A stretch of DNA of 64,000 nt from an uncultured Sulfuricella sp. (GTDB taxonomy: Bacteria; Pseudomonadota; Gammaproteobacteria; Burkholderiales; Sulfuricellaceae): the NCBI GenBank assembly GCA_964384915.1, contig CAYLMA010000001.1, positions 120,225 to 184,224 of the forward strand, in the 5' to 3' direction. The stretch's first letter is position 1. The number at the start of each line of letters is the position of its first letter. This document shows positions 46,765 to 55,673 of the stretch, piece by piece. Both the position numbers and the translations under genes were made by a program. The notes below the pieces were generated by a model. It was not told the origin of the DNA. It saw only the letters and a list, made by a program, of their open reading frames with translations, and did no database searches.

Positions 46765-49700
46765 GCCTGCCCGAATTTTCCATTAAACGCCACGTGCTGG
46801 CGTTCATGCTATCAGCGGTGCTGGTGCTGTTCGGTTACATCAGCTACCAGCGCATCGGCATGGATCGCTTTCCCCATATCGAGTTTCCCATCGTCTCGAT
46901 CTCAACCACCCTGAAGGGCGCCAACCCCGACATCGTCGACGCCAGCGTCACCAACGTACTCGAAACGTCGATCAACAGCGTGCCCGGCATCGAACACATC
47001 CAGTCCACCTCTTCGCCCGGCGTGTCGGTGATCAATATCACCTTCGGCCTGGACAAGAAAGTCGATGTCGCCTTCAACGAGGTGCAGGCCAAGGTCAACC
47101 AGGTCTTGCGCCGTTTGCCCAAGGACGCCGACCCGCCCGTCGTCGCCAAGGTCGAGACCAATGCCATGCCGATCATGTGGCTGGCGCTGCGCGGCGACCG
47201 CACCCAGCAGCAGCTCAACCAGTACGCCATCAACACCATCAAGAAGCGCCTGGAAACCATAGACGGCGTAGGCGAGGTGCGTCTGGGAGGGCGGCGCGAC
47301 CGCACCATCCGGGTCAACCTGCTGCCGGCGAAAATGACCGCGCTCAAGATCACCGCGCAGGACATCAGCACCGCTTTTGCCACAGAGCACGTCCAGCTCG
47401 CCGGCGGTTTTCTGGTCGGCCAGAAGACCGAAAACCTGATCAAGCTCGACCTGGAATTCCATCGCCTCGACGATCTGGCGAAAATGATCGTTGCCTACCG
47501 CGACGGCGCGCCGGTGCGCCTCAAGGATATCGCCGAAGTCGAGGACGCCCTGGCCGATTACCGCCAGCTCGCGCGCTTCATGGGCAAGACCACCATCGGC
47601 CTGGGTATCGTCAAGGTGACCAACACCAATACCGTGGCGATTGTCGATGCGATCAAAAAACGCCTGGAAACCGAGATCATCCCGCAACTGCCGCCGGGCA
47701 TGACGCTGGACGTCGTCTCCAACGACGCAATCTTCATCCAGGAAATCGTCGATTCCCTGAAGGAGCACCTGATCGAGGGCACCCTGCTGGCGTCGCTGAT
47801 CGTCTGGCTGTTCCTGCGCAGCATGCGCTCCACCCTGATCATCGCCACCGCCATCCCGGTGTCGCTGATGGGCGCGGTGGCGGTGATCTACTTCTTCGGC
47901 TACACCCTCAATTCTCTGACCATGCTCGCCCTGCTGCTGTTGATCGGCGTGGTGGTGGACGACGCCATCGTGGTTTTAGAGAATATATTCCGCCACCGCG
48001 AGGAAATCGACGCCGACCCGGTCACCGCAGCGGTCAACGGCAGCCGCGAAGTGATGTTCGCGGTGATCGCCGCAACGCTGTCCCTGGTGTCGATTTTCGC
48101 GCCGGTGATTTTTCTCGGCGGCATCATCGGCCAGTTCTTCAAATCCTTCGCGGTGGTGGTGACCTTCGGCGTGCTGGTTTCCCTGTTCGTGTCGCTCACG
48201 CTGACGCCGATGCTGTGCTCGCGCTATCTCAAGGTGGAAAAGCAGCACGGGCGCATCTATTACCTCTTGGATCGTTTCTTTCACGGCATGGACAACCTCT
48301 ACCGCTACCTGCTCGACAAGGCGCTGCGTCACCGCTGGAAGGTGGTGGCGCTGACCCTGGCGACCGTGGCGGCGAGCAGTTTTTTCTTCATCAACGTGGG
48401 CAAGACTTTCGTCCCAGAAGAGGACGAAGGCCGCTTCCTGATCAACCTGCGCACCCCGCTCGGCTCCAGCATCGAATATACCGACACCCGTTTGCGCATG
48501 GTCGAGGAGCTGCTGTTCCGCCACAAGGAAATCGTCACCGAGTTCGCCCTGATCGGTCTCGGCAATGCGGGTCAGGTCAACCAGGCGATGGTGGTGGTGC
48601 GCATGGCGCCGCGCGGCGAGCGCAAGGTCAGACAGCAGGACGTCATTCCCGTGATCCGCAAGGAGCTGGCGCAAATCCCCGGCGCGCGCGCGTTCGCAGC
48701 ACCCTACCCGATGGTCGGCGGCCAGCGCGGCGAGCCCCTGCAGTTCGTGATCAACGGCCCCAATCTCGACGAAGTGGGACGCCTGGCCAAGACGCTGCAA
48801 CAAAGCCTTTCGTCCGATCCCGGCCTGGGGCGCATGGACCTCGATTTGCAGCTCGACCTGCCGCAACTCGTCCTCGATCCCGACCGCACCCGGATCGCCT
48901 CCGCGGGGCTGACGAGCCAGGACGTGGCGTTGGCGCTCAACATGCTCTCAGGCGGCGTGGACATCGCCAAGTTCAACGACGTGCCGGGCGACGGCCAGCG
49001 CTACGATATCCGGGTCAAGGCCAAGGACGGCGAGTTCAGGCAGCCTTCCGACCTGAACAAGATTTACCTGCGTTCCCGCGATGGGTCGCTGGTGCGCCTG
49101 GATACCGTGGCGACCGTGAAGCAGACGCTGGGGCCCGCCGTGATCGGACGCCTCGACCTGCAATATGCCGCCACCTTCTACGGTACGCCCACCATCCCGC
49201 TCGGAGACGCGGTGAACAAGGTAAGAGCCGCCACTGCAGAAATGCTGCCGATGGGCTATAGCGTGAAAATGATCGGCCAGGCGGAAGAATTCGGCAAGAC
49301 CGTGGAGTACATGGTCTTCGCCTTCTCCCTGGCGATGGTGCTGCTTTACATGGTGCTGGCGAGCCAGTTCAACTCCTTCATCCAGCCCTTCATCATCATG
49401 GTGGCGCAACCGCTTGCCATCATCGGCGGGGTGATGGCCTTGTGGCTGTTCGGCCACACCCTCAACATCTACTCGATGATCGGCCTGGTGCTGCTGATCG
49501 GCCTGGTGGCGAAGAACTCGATCCTGCTGGTGGACCTCACCAACCAGCGGCGCAAAGACGGGAAAGGCATCGACGAGGCGCTATCCGAAGCCTGCCCGAT
49601 CCGGATGCGGCCGGTGCTGATGACCTCGATGACGGTGATCCTGGCGCTGCTGCCGGCCGCGCTGGGCCTGGGCGCCGGCGCGGAAACCAACGGCCCGCTG

Positions 49701-49832
49701 GCGGTCGCGGTGATCGGCGGCATGATCACCTCGACCCTGCTCACCCTGGTGGTTGTGCCGGCGGTTTATTCGCTGGTGGAAGGCGGCATCGAACGCTGGC
49801 AGATGCGCCACCCGAAAATGGCGGAAGATTGA
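46761..49832 (+). CDS. RND family inner-membrane efflux transporter (AcrB/HAE-type)
   Basis: 1023 aa with 12-TM AcrB architecture, two large periplasmic loops, and VVDDAIVVLENI in TM4. Confidence 0.93.
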   Translation: MSLPEFSIKRHVLAFMLSAVLVLFGYISYQRIGMDRFPHIEFPIVSISTTLKGANPDIVDASVTNVLETSINSVPGIEHIQSTSSPGVSVINITFGLDKKVDVAFNEVQAKVNQVLRRLPKDADPPVVAKVETNAMPIMWLALRGDRTQQQLNQYAINTIKKRLETIDGVGEVRLGGRRDRTIRVNLLPAKMTALKITAQDISTAFATEHVQLAGGFLVGQKTENLIKLDLEFHRLDDLAKMIVAYRDGAPVRLKDIAEVEDALADYRQLARFMGKTTIGLGIVKVTNTNTVAIVDAIKKRLETEIIPQLPPGMTLDVVSNDAIFIQEIVDSLKEHLIEGTLLASLIVWLFLRSMRSTLIIATAIPVSLMGAVAVIYFFGYTLNSLTMLALLLLIGVVVDDAIVVLENIFRHREEIDADPVTAAVNGSREVMFAVIAATLSLVSIFAPVIFLGGIIGQFFKSFAVVVTFGVLVSLFVSLTLTPMLCSRYLKVEKQHGRIYYLLDRFFHGMDNLYRYLLDKALRHRWKVVALTLATVAASSFFFINVGKTFVPEEDEGRFLINLRTPLGSSIEYTDTRLRMVEELLFRHKEIVTEFALIGLGNAGQVNQAMVVVRMAPRGERKVRQQDVIPVIRKELAQIPGARAFAAPYPMVGGQRGEPLQFVINGPNLDEVGRLAKTLQQSLSSDPGLGRMDLDLQLDLPQLVLDPDRTRIASAGLTSQDVALALNMLSGGVDIAKFNDVPGDGQRYDIRVKAKDGEFRQPSDLNKIYLRSRDGSLVRLDTVATVKQTLGPAVIGRLDLQYAATFYGTPTIPLGDAVNKVRAATAEMLPMGYSVKMIGQAEEFGKTVEYMVFAFSLAMVLLYMVLASQFNSFIQPFIIMVAQPLAIIGGVMALWLFGHTLNIYSMIGLVLLIGLVAKNSILLVDLTNQRRKDGKGIDEALSEACPIRMRPVLMTSMTVILALLPAALGLGAGAETNGPLAVAVIGGMITSTLLTLVVVPAVYSLVEGGIERWQMRHPKMAED

Positions 49833-49848
49833 GCCGGGAAAAGCGATT

Positions 49849-49924
49849 AACCACGGGCACACGGGGAGCACGGGGTTAAATCTAAAACAAGCTTCTCCCT
49901 GTGCTCCCCGTGTGCCCCGTGGTT
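49849..49924. repeat. CACGGGG-periodic palindrome between convergent genes (family D)
   Basis: aaccacgggcacacggggagcacgggg (49849-75) pairs with ccctgtgctccccgtgtgccccgtggtt (49897-924), about 26 bp with one bulge. Confidence 0.8.
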
Positions 49925-49941
49925 CAAGTGCCTTTCATTAG

Positions 49942-51687
49942 TCAGGACGAGCCGATCAGCTCGAAGCATACCCGGCCTTCCTGATTGCTGGTCATGGCCA
50001 GCCGATAACCTGCCTGCTGCGCCAGCCGCCCTGCCTGATACAGACCGACGCCCAGTCCATTATCAGACTTTACGGGGGTGCTGAGCACGCGACTTGCCAG
50101 ATCGTCGCCCAGCGCGGCACCGTCATCGCACACGGTAAGACGGCCACCACCCTCACAGGAGAATCCGACCCGGATTCCCAAACCCCGCGCCACCTTGCGT
50201 TTTTCCAGCGCATTCTGCAGCAGGTTGTCCGCCACGCTATCGAACAGTTCTCCTGGAAGATGCACATGCTCTCCCTTGGTCATGCCGTAGGCTGCAAATT
50301 CAATCGTCTCCCCGGCGTAGCGCTGCTGCAATGCCTCCCACCACGCGCGTGCGGAAACGCGCTCCATTGCTTCCACCACATTCACATTGGGCGATTTGAG
50401 CTTGTCCAGCGTCAGTTGCAGACGCTGCACGATCTGCGGCAACTGACGCTGCATCAGCGCCTGCAAGGCCTGCGCCTGCCCTGCGTCACTGCTTTCCACT
50501 GCTGCGCTTAGCGTTTTCATGGATTGCAGCAAGTTCTTGACGTCATGCGTCAGCCGCGCTCCGGTTTCGTAAATCGCCTGAGTGTACGCATTGTATTTCT
50601 GCTCCTGCTCGCGTTGCTTAGCCTCATAGAAATGCCCCAGCAACTGCGTCAGCAGCTTGACATGGAGAATCAGTGCCGGGCTCAAGGCCCAGCGCGTATA
50701 AAGCACCAAATGGACCTGGTGGAACGTGAACTCAACCGAGTGTTTTGAAGCCACGCCAAATTCGCCTCCACCCCCTGGCGCATGCCAGCGCCCGCCCGCC
50801 ACCCAGGGCAAGGCAGCGATATCCTCCAGCGCCAGTTGCAGGAAACTCGCCGCATCGCCTTCCTGCTCGGCCAGGGCCGCGAGATTGCGCAGCCAGCGCT
50901 CGAAAGGCAAGCCCACGCTCAAAAGGTAGCGTGACATCAACTGGCCAACGCCGGCAAAGCCGCCATGTGGATTCCACAGCCAGCTCAGGACAAACAAAAC
51001 CCCGGCTATCCCCATCAGGGCCTGCGCCAGGGCCATGGGATAATCGCTCTTGCTGATCATCTTGACCGCGAAGCTGCCCAGCACCAGCACCACGACCAGC
51101 AGGAACAGCATCAGGCTGTAGAAGAAATCAACCGCATAGACAGGTTTGCTATTCTGCCGAGTTCCCGAAGCCGCAACCAGAAGCGGCACCGCTACAAGCC
51201 CATAGCGCGCCATCAGAAGCAGGGCTGCATTGCCCTGGGTTTCGCCAAACAGATGCGGCACCACCCATAGCAAGAGCATGGACAGCAGGTACAGCAGGGC
51301 CAGCAGGTGGCCGATACGCTGACGGCGCCCGGCCATGCCCACCACATCGCCACCGACCAGGCCGACCAGAATGCCCAGCCACAAGGTAGCCGCCCACCAG
51401 CTGTGCCAGCACAGGATCAGCGCCCCCCCGCCCAGAAACACCAGCAACACATGGCTCGGGGAAAGCCTGTGTTCGCCGCGCCACATCGGCTGCCACAGGA
51501 GAAACAGCCCAAGATGCACCAGCAGGGCGGCGCTGGACCACCACACATCCACCCCCCAGGCCAGCGCCGCATGCAGGGACAGCAACAGGCCCGCCAGCAG
51601 CCAGTGCGGACGTTCGCTGCTCATGCGCTGCACCAAGGTGGAAATTATGCCGTTCATGGGCGTCCCTATAAAATATTGATCCGGCAC
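49942..51687 (-). CDS. Multi-TM sensor histidine kinase, no adjacent response regulator
   Basis: N-terminal half has about 8-9 hydrophobic helices. H-box LTHDVKNLLQS; ATPase motifs DNLLQNALEK, DDGAALG, GLGVGLYQ. Start ambiguous (51687, 51657 or 51624). Confidence 0.8.
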   Translation of the reverse strand: MPDQYFIGTPMNGIISTLVQRMSSERPHWLLAGLLLSLHAALAWGVDVWWSSAALLVHLGLFLLWQPMWRGEHRLSPSHVLLVFLGGGALILCWHSWWAATLWLGILVGLVGGDVVGMAGRRQRIGHLLALLYLLSMLLLWVVPHLFGETQGNAALLLMARYGLVAVPLLVAASGTRQNSKPVYAVDFFYSLMLFLLVVVLVLGSFAVKMISKSDYPMALAQALMGIAGVLFVLSWLWNPHGGFAGVGQLMSRYLLSVGLPFERWLRNLAALAEQEGDAASFLQLALEDIAALPWVAGGRWHAPGGGGEFGVASKHSVEFTFHQVHLVLYTRWALSPALILHVKLLTQLLGHFYEAKQREQEQKYNAYTQAIYETGARLTHDVKNLLQSMKTLSAAVESSDAGQAQALQALMQRQLPQIVQRLQLTLDKLKSPNVNVVEAMERVSARAWWEALQQRYAGETIEFAAYGMTKGEHVHLPGELFDSVADNLLQNALEKRKVARGLGIRVGFSCEGGGRLTVCDDGAALGDDLASRVLSTPVKSDNGLGVGLYQAGRLAQQAGYRLAMTSNQEGRVCFELIGSS

Positions 51688-51701
51688 ATTTTATTCCGGA
51701 C

Positions 51702-51749
51702 TGTAGGTCGGCATTTAGGCCGACATGTCGGGCTGAAGCCCGACCTACA
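51702..51749. repeat. REP-like repeat family C, dimer copy in inverted orientation
   Basis: tgtaggtcggcatttaggccgacatgtcgggctgaagcccgacctaca. Its reverse complement aligns with the copy at 22626-22712. Confidence 0.75.
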
Positions 51750-51933
51750 TTCACGGATAATTCGTTCCATATCAATAATGCGAAGAATTGGAAGCGTCAA
51801 AACATGCCGCTGCCAATTCTAACACTCTGCCTCCCTAGCAAAAGAATGACGAGCCATCAACACAGGCGTCGAGCACTCAACACACGAAATCGGTTTTTCG
51901 CGCCAAAACCCCCACGGCAACGACCAATATGGC

Positions 51934-51949
51934 TGGCACGGAAATTGCA
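51934..51949 (+). promoter_or_regulatory. Consensus sigma54-type promoter
   Basis: TGGCAC-ggaaa-TTGCA is an exact match to the -24/-12 consensus, 45 nt before the ATG at 51994. Confidence 0.7.
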
Positions 51950-51993
51950 ATGCCAATGACACAAGACATCCAGTTCAAGCAAGGAACATAAAA

Positions 51994-52653
51994 ATGAAAA
52001 CTCAACAAGGCGGTTTCACCCTGATCGAGATCGCCATCGTGCTGGTGATCATCGGCCTGATTCTGGGCGGCGTCCTGAAGGGGCAGGAACTGATCACCCA
52101 GGCAAAAATCAGGAACGTGGCGAACGATTTCAACGGCATCTCCGCCGCCTACTATTCCTACCAGGACCGCTATCGCGCCATGCCGGGCGACGACCCCAAT
52201 GCCGCGGGGAGGTGGACGTCGAGCAAGAGTGGCGACGGCAATGCCGTGATCAAGGGAACATTTGATGCCACCCCCGCCGCCGAAACCCCGGCAGTGGGCG
52301 AGGAATCCAACCTGTTCTGGCAGCACCTGCGGCTTGCCGGCCTGGTGGCAGGGCCGACCGCCGGCGCGGGGAGCGGCAACCCGCCGCAAAATGCCGTGGG
52401 TGGCGTCTCTGGCGTGCAAAGCGCAGCTGCCGAAACCACTCTGGGACTAAACGGTTTGATTATTTGCTCGTCAAATTTGCCTGGCAAAGTGGCAAATGCG
52501 ATCGACAGCCAGTTTGACGATGGCAAACCCAATAGCGGCCAGGTACGAGCCGTGACACAACAAGCGTCACCGTTACCGGCAACAGTTCCTGAAGCCCTTA
52601 AAAATTATATTGATGATGGCGGCACGATCTATGTTGTTTGCAAAAACATGTAG
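51994..52653 (+). CDS. Prepilin-type N-terminal cleavage/methylation domain protein (orphan pilin or pseudopilin)
   Basis: MKTQQG|GFTLIEIAIVLVIIGLILGGVLKG followed by a 190-aa divergent Ala/Gly-rich body. No assembly genes adjacent. Confidence 0.8.
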   Translation: MKTQQGGFTLIEIAIVLVIIGLILGGVLKGQELITQAKIRNVANDFNGISAAYYSYQDRYRAMPGDDPNAAGRWTSSKSGDGNAVIKGTFDATPAAETPAVGEESNLFWQHLRLAGLVAGPTAGAGSGNPPQNAVGGVSGVQSAAAETTLGLNGLIICSSNLPGKVANAIDSQFDDGKPNSGQVRAVTQQASPLPATVPEALKNYIDDGGTIYVVCKNM

Positions 52654-52671
52654 CCATAATTGACGCATGAT

Positions 52672-52697
52672 AAAAGCCCGCCTTGCGCGGGCTTTTT
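52672..52697 (+). terminator. Rho-independent terminator
   Basis: aaaagcccgc-cttg-cgcgggc stem followed by ttttt. Confidence 0.8.
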
Positions 52698-52805
52698 ATT
52701 GCACAAACCCTCAAGCATCAATGACAGTGCAAATCTGGCTCCATCACCCAAACATATTGATTTGTACGGCTAGTTGCCGTATATTTTCAGCAGGAGGATA
52801 TTGCC

Positions 52806-53075
52806 ATGTCTACAGCCCGCCTCGAAGCCCGGATCAGTACCGATCTGCACGCCATGCTCAAGCGCGCAGCCGAGATTCAAGGACGCACCATGACTGACTT
52901 CGTGGTGTCCGCCGTACAGGATGCCGCGCAACGTGCCATCGAACAGGCCGAAGTCATCCGGCTAAGTTTGGCCGATCAGGAGTGTTTTGCGCAGGCGCTG
53001 CTGTCGCCGCCGCAACCCGCACCGGCCTTGGAGCGCGCTTTCGCCCGTCGTCGCAAGCTGGTGAGCGCCGAGTGA
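52806..53075 (+). CDS. tacA: DUF1778/TacA-type RHH antitoxin
   Basis: RLEARISTDLHAMLKRAAEIQGRTMTDFVVSA is typical of DUF1778 antitoxins paired with GNAT toxins. Confidence 0.8.
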   Translation: MSTARLEARISTDLHAMLKRAAEIQGRTMTDFVVSAVQDAAQRAIEQAEVIRLSLADQECFAQALLSPPQPAPALERAFARRRKLVSAE

Positions 53076-53593
53076 GTAACGCGCCGTTTCATGTTGTACC
53101 ACTCGAAACGGCGCATGACCGCACACTGTTCAACAGCGGATCCGATCCGCTGGATGCTTATTTTCGGCAACAGGTAACGCAAGACATTCGCCGCAGGGTA
53201 ACCGCATGTTTTGTCGCGCTTACACGCGAGCAGCGCATCACGGGCTACTACACTCTGGCATCGGCAAGCCTGCTGCTGTCCGATCTTCCGGCCAACATTG
53301 GAAAGAAGCTGCCGCGCCACCCCTCCGTGCCTGCGGTGCGCATGGGCCGCCTGGCGGTCGATCAGAACTTCAAAGGGCAGGGCCTCGGGGGTGCGCTTCT
53401 GGCCGATGCGCTTGATCGTGCCATTCGTTCTGAAATAGCAGCCTATGCCTTGCTAGTCGACGCGAAGGATGAACGGGCCGCAGCCTTCTATCGGCATCAC
53501 GGCTTTATTGCATTGCCGGACGCGCCGCTGACCCTGCTCCTGCCGCTGGCGACAGTACGCGAGTCGACTCTGACTATCCCTGTAACAACCTGA
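53072..53593 (+). CDS. tacT: GNAT-family acetyltransferase toxin (TacT-like)
   Basis: GTGA overlap with the antitoxin gene. RLAVDQNFKGQGLGGALLADAL acetyl-CoA-binding motif; FYRHHGF. Confidence 0.8.
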   Translation: MSNAPFHVVPLETAHDRTLFNSGSDPLDAYFRQQVTQDIRRRVTACFVALTREQRITGYYTLASASLLLSDLPANIGKKLPRHPSVPAVRMGRLAVDQNFKGQGLGGALLADALDRAIRSEIAAYALLVDAKDERAAAFYRHHGFIALPDAPLTLLLPLATVRESTLTIPVTT

Positions 53594-55583
53594 TTTCCGC
53601 CAGCGCCAGGTTTTCCGCCGCGCCCAGCAGCACCACCACATCCCCCGCCATCAGTTTCATTTCTGGAGAAGGCTCCACGCCGCGGATGCCTCTGCGGCGA
53701 ATCGCCGTCACCTCCACCAGCAGATCATCCAGTTGCAATTCGGCCAGGCTCTTGCCTATGGAAGCAGCCTTGTCACCCAGCGCCACCGAGACGAGACGGG
53801 GCTGTTCGTGTTCTTCCAGTCCGGCTTCGGCTTCGCTGCGGAATACGCCGCGGAACAGGCCGTAGCGCTGCGAACGCACTTCGCGGATGCGCCGCAGCAC
53901 GTGCGCCAAGGGCACGCCCAGCAGCATCAGTGCATGGGAGGCCAGCATCAGGGAGCCTTCCAGCACTTCCGGCACCACTTCCGCCGCGCCGGCCTGCTGC
54001 AGCAGATCCAGGTCGGAATCGTCCAGGGTGCGCACCACCACCGGCAAATCGGGGCGAAGCTCGTGAACCTGGTGCAGCACCTTGAGGGCGGAAACCGTGT
54101 CGGCATAGGAAACCACCACTGCACGGGCACGCTGCAAGCCCGCCGCCATTAATACCTCGCGCCTGCTGGCATCGCCGTACACCACGTTCTCGCCGGCGGC
54201 GGCAGCGGCGCGCACCCGCTGCGGGTCGAGATCCAGGGCGAAGAAGGGAATCCCTTCCAGGTCCAGGAAACGCGACAGGTTCTGGCCGCTGCGGCCATAG
54301 CCGCAGACGATCACATGGCCTTCCTTGCCCGCGCTCTTGACCACGATGTCATGCAGTTCCAGCGCCCGGTAATTCCAGTCGTTGCGGCACAAGCGCGCCA
54401 CGATCGCGGCGCTGTGATGCAGAAGAAAAGGCGCTGCGACCATGGAAAGCAGCATCGCCGCCAGGATGATCTGCGCCACGAGCGGAGGCACCAGCCCGCC
54501 GCCATTGGCAAGCGCCATCAGGACAAAGCCGAATTCACCCGCCTGGGCAAGGAACAGCCCGGCGCGCAGCGACACGCTGACGTCGTGGCGAAAGAGGCGG
54601 CTCAAGAGGGCGATTATCGCGCCTTTCCCCAGGACCAGGACCAACAGCGCCAGCGCCACCCAGCCCAGATTAGCCGCGACGACCTTCATGTCCAGCAGCA
54701 TCCCTACGGTGACGAAAAACAGCCCCAGCAGGACATCGCGGAAAGGCTGAATGTCGGCTTCCACCTGGTAGCGGTATTCCGTTTCGGAAATCAGCATCCC
54801 CGCGAGGAACGCCCCCAAGGCAAGGGAAAGCCCCGCCAGGCCGGTCAGGTAGGCCAGCCCGAGCGTCACCAGCAGCACATTGAGCATGAACAGTTCGGAC
54901 GATTTGTGCCGCGCCACCCAGTGAAACCAGCGGCGCATCAGGCTCTGTCCGAAATAGAGCAGGATTATCAGCAGCACCACCGCCTTAAGGAAAGCCGCGC
55001 CTACCGCTCCGGCCAGGTCTCCGCCGCTGGCGGACAGGGCCGGAATCAGGATCAACAGGGGTACCACCGCCAGGTCCTGGAACAGCAGCACGCCGATCAC
55101 CAGCAGCCCATGGCGCGACTGGAGCTCGAGGCGCTCTGCCATCATCTTGCTGACAATGGCAGTGGATGACATGGACAGCACGCCGCCCAGCGCCACGCCC
55201 GCCTGCCAGGAAAGCCCGGACAGCATGGCTGCCGCCAGCACCAGCGCCAGTGTCACCATCACCTGCGCGCCCCCCAGGCCGAATACCACGCCACGCATGG
55301 CTTTCAGTTGCGGCAGGCTGAATTCCAGGCCGATGCTGAACATCAGGAACACCACGCCGAATTCGGCCAGGTAGCGGGTTTCTTCCGTATCGGGAATCCA
55401 CCCCAAGGCATGAGGACCCGCCACCATGCCCACCAGCAGGTAGGCCAAGAGGGGCGGCAGGCGCAGGCTGCGGAACAGCGCTACCGCGAAAACGGCGGCG
55501 CCGAGCAGAACCAGTACGGCCTGAAGGGTGGTTGGGGCGTCATGCGGCATGAAACTGGGCATCCTCGAAATCGCTACTGACAA
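53574..55583 (-). CDS. CPA2 monovalent cation:proton antiporter with C-terminal RCK/TrkA domains (KefB/YbaL-like)
   Basis: About 12-TM Na_H exchanger region, then VIVCGYGRSGQ Rossmann-type TrkA-N and a TrkA-C domain. Confidence 0.88.
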   Translation of the reverse strand: MSVAISRMPSFMPHDAPTTLQAVLVLLGAAVFAVALFRSLRLPPLLAYLLVGMVAGPHALGWIPDTEETRYLAEFGVVFLMFSIGLEFSLPQLKAMRGVVFGLGGAQVMVTLALVLAAAMLSGLSWQAGVALGGVLSMSSTAIVSKMMAERLELQSRHGLLVIGVLLFQDLAVVPLLILIPALSASGGDLAGAVGAAFLKAVVLLIILLYFGQSLMRRWFHWVARHKSSELFMLNVLLVTLGLAYLTGLAGLSLALGAFLAGMLISETEYRYQVEADIQPFRDVLLGLFFVTVGMLLDMKVVAANLGWVALALLVLVLGKGAIIALLSRLFRHDVSVSLRAGLFLAQAGEFGFVLMALANGGGLVPPLVAQIILAAMLLSMVAAPFLLHHSAAIVARLCRNDWNYRALELHDIVVKSAGKEGHVIVCGYGRSGQNLSRFLDLEGIPFFALDLDPQRVRAAAAAGENVVYGDASRREVLMAAGLQRARAVVVSYADTVSALKVLHQVHELRPDLPVVVRTLDDSDLDLLQQAGAAEVVPEVLEGSLMLASHALMLLGVPLAHVLRRIREVRSQRYGLFRGVFRSEAEAGLEEHEQPRLVSVALGDKAASIGKSLAELQLDDLLVEVTAIRRRGIRGVEPSPEMKLMAGDVVVLLGAAENLALAEIRLLQG

Positions 55584-55673
55584 ATCGGCACAGCTTTATC
55601 CCTTGTGCGTTCGGCCTTATACTATCATGACTTTATTTACACGCCGGTCGAGCCACGCTCTCCGGCCAATCCG

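Noticed and set aside
47177-49261. 694-aa alternative-frame ORF inside the RND pump gene
   Set aside because: It has Arg/Pro/Gly-rich nonsense composition. The overlapping frame 46761-49832 encodes an unmistakable AcrB-type protein.
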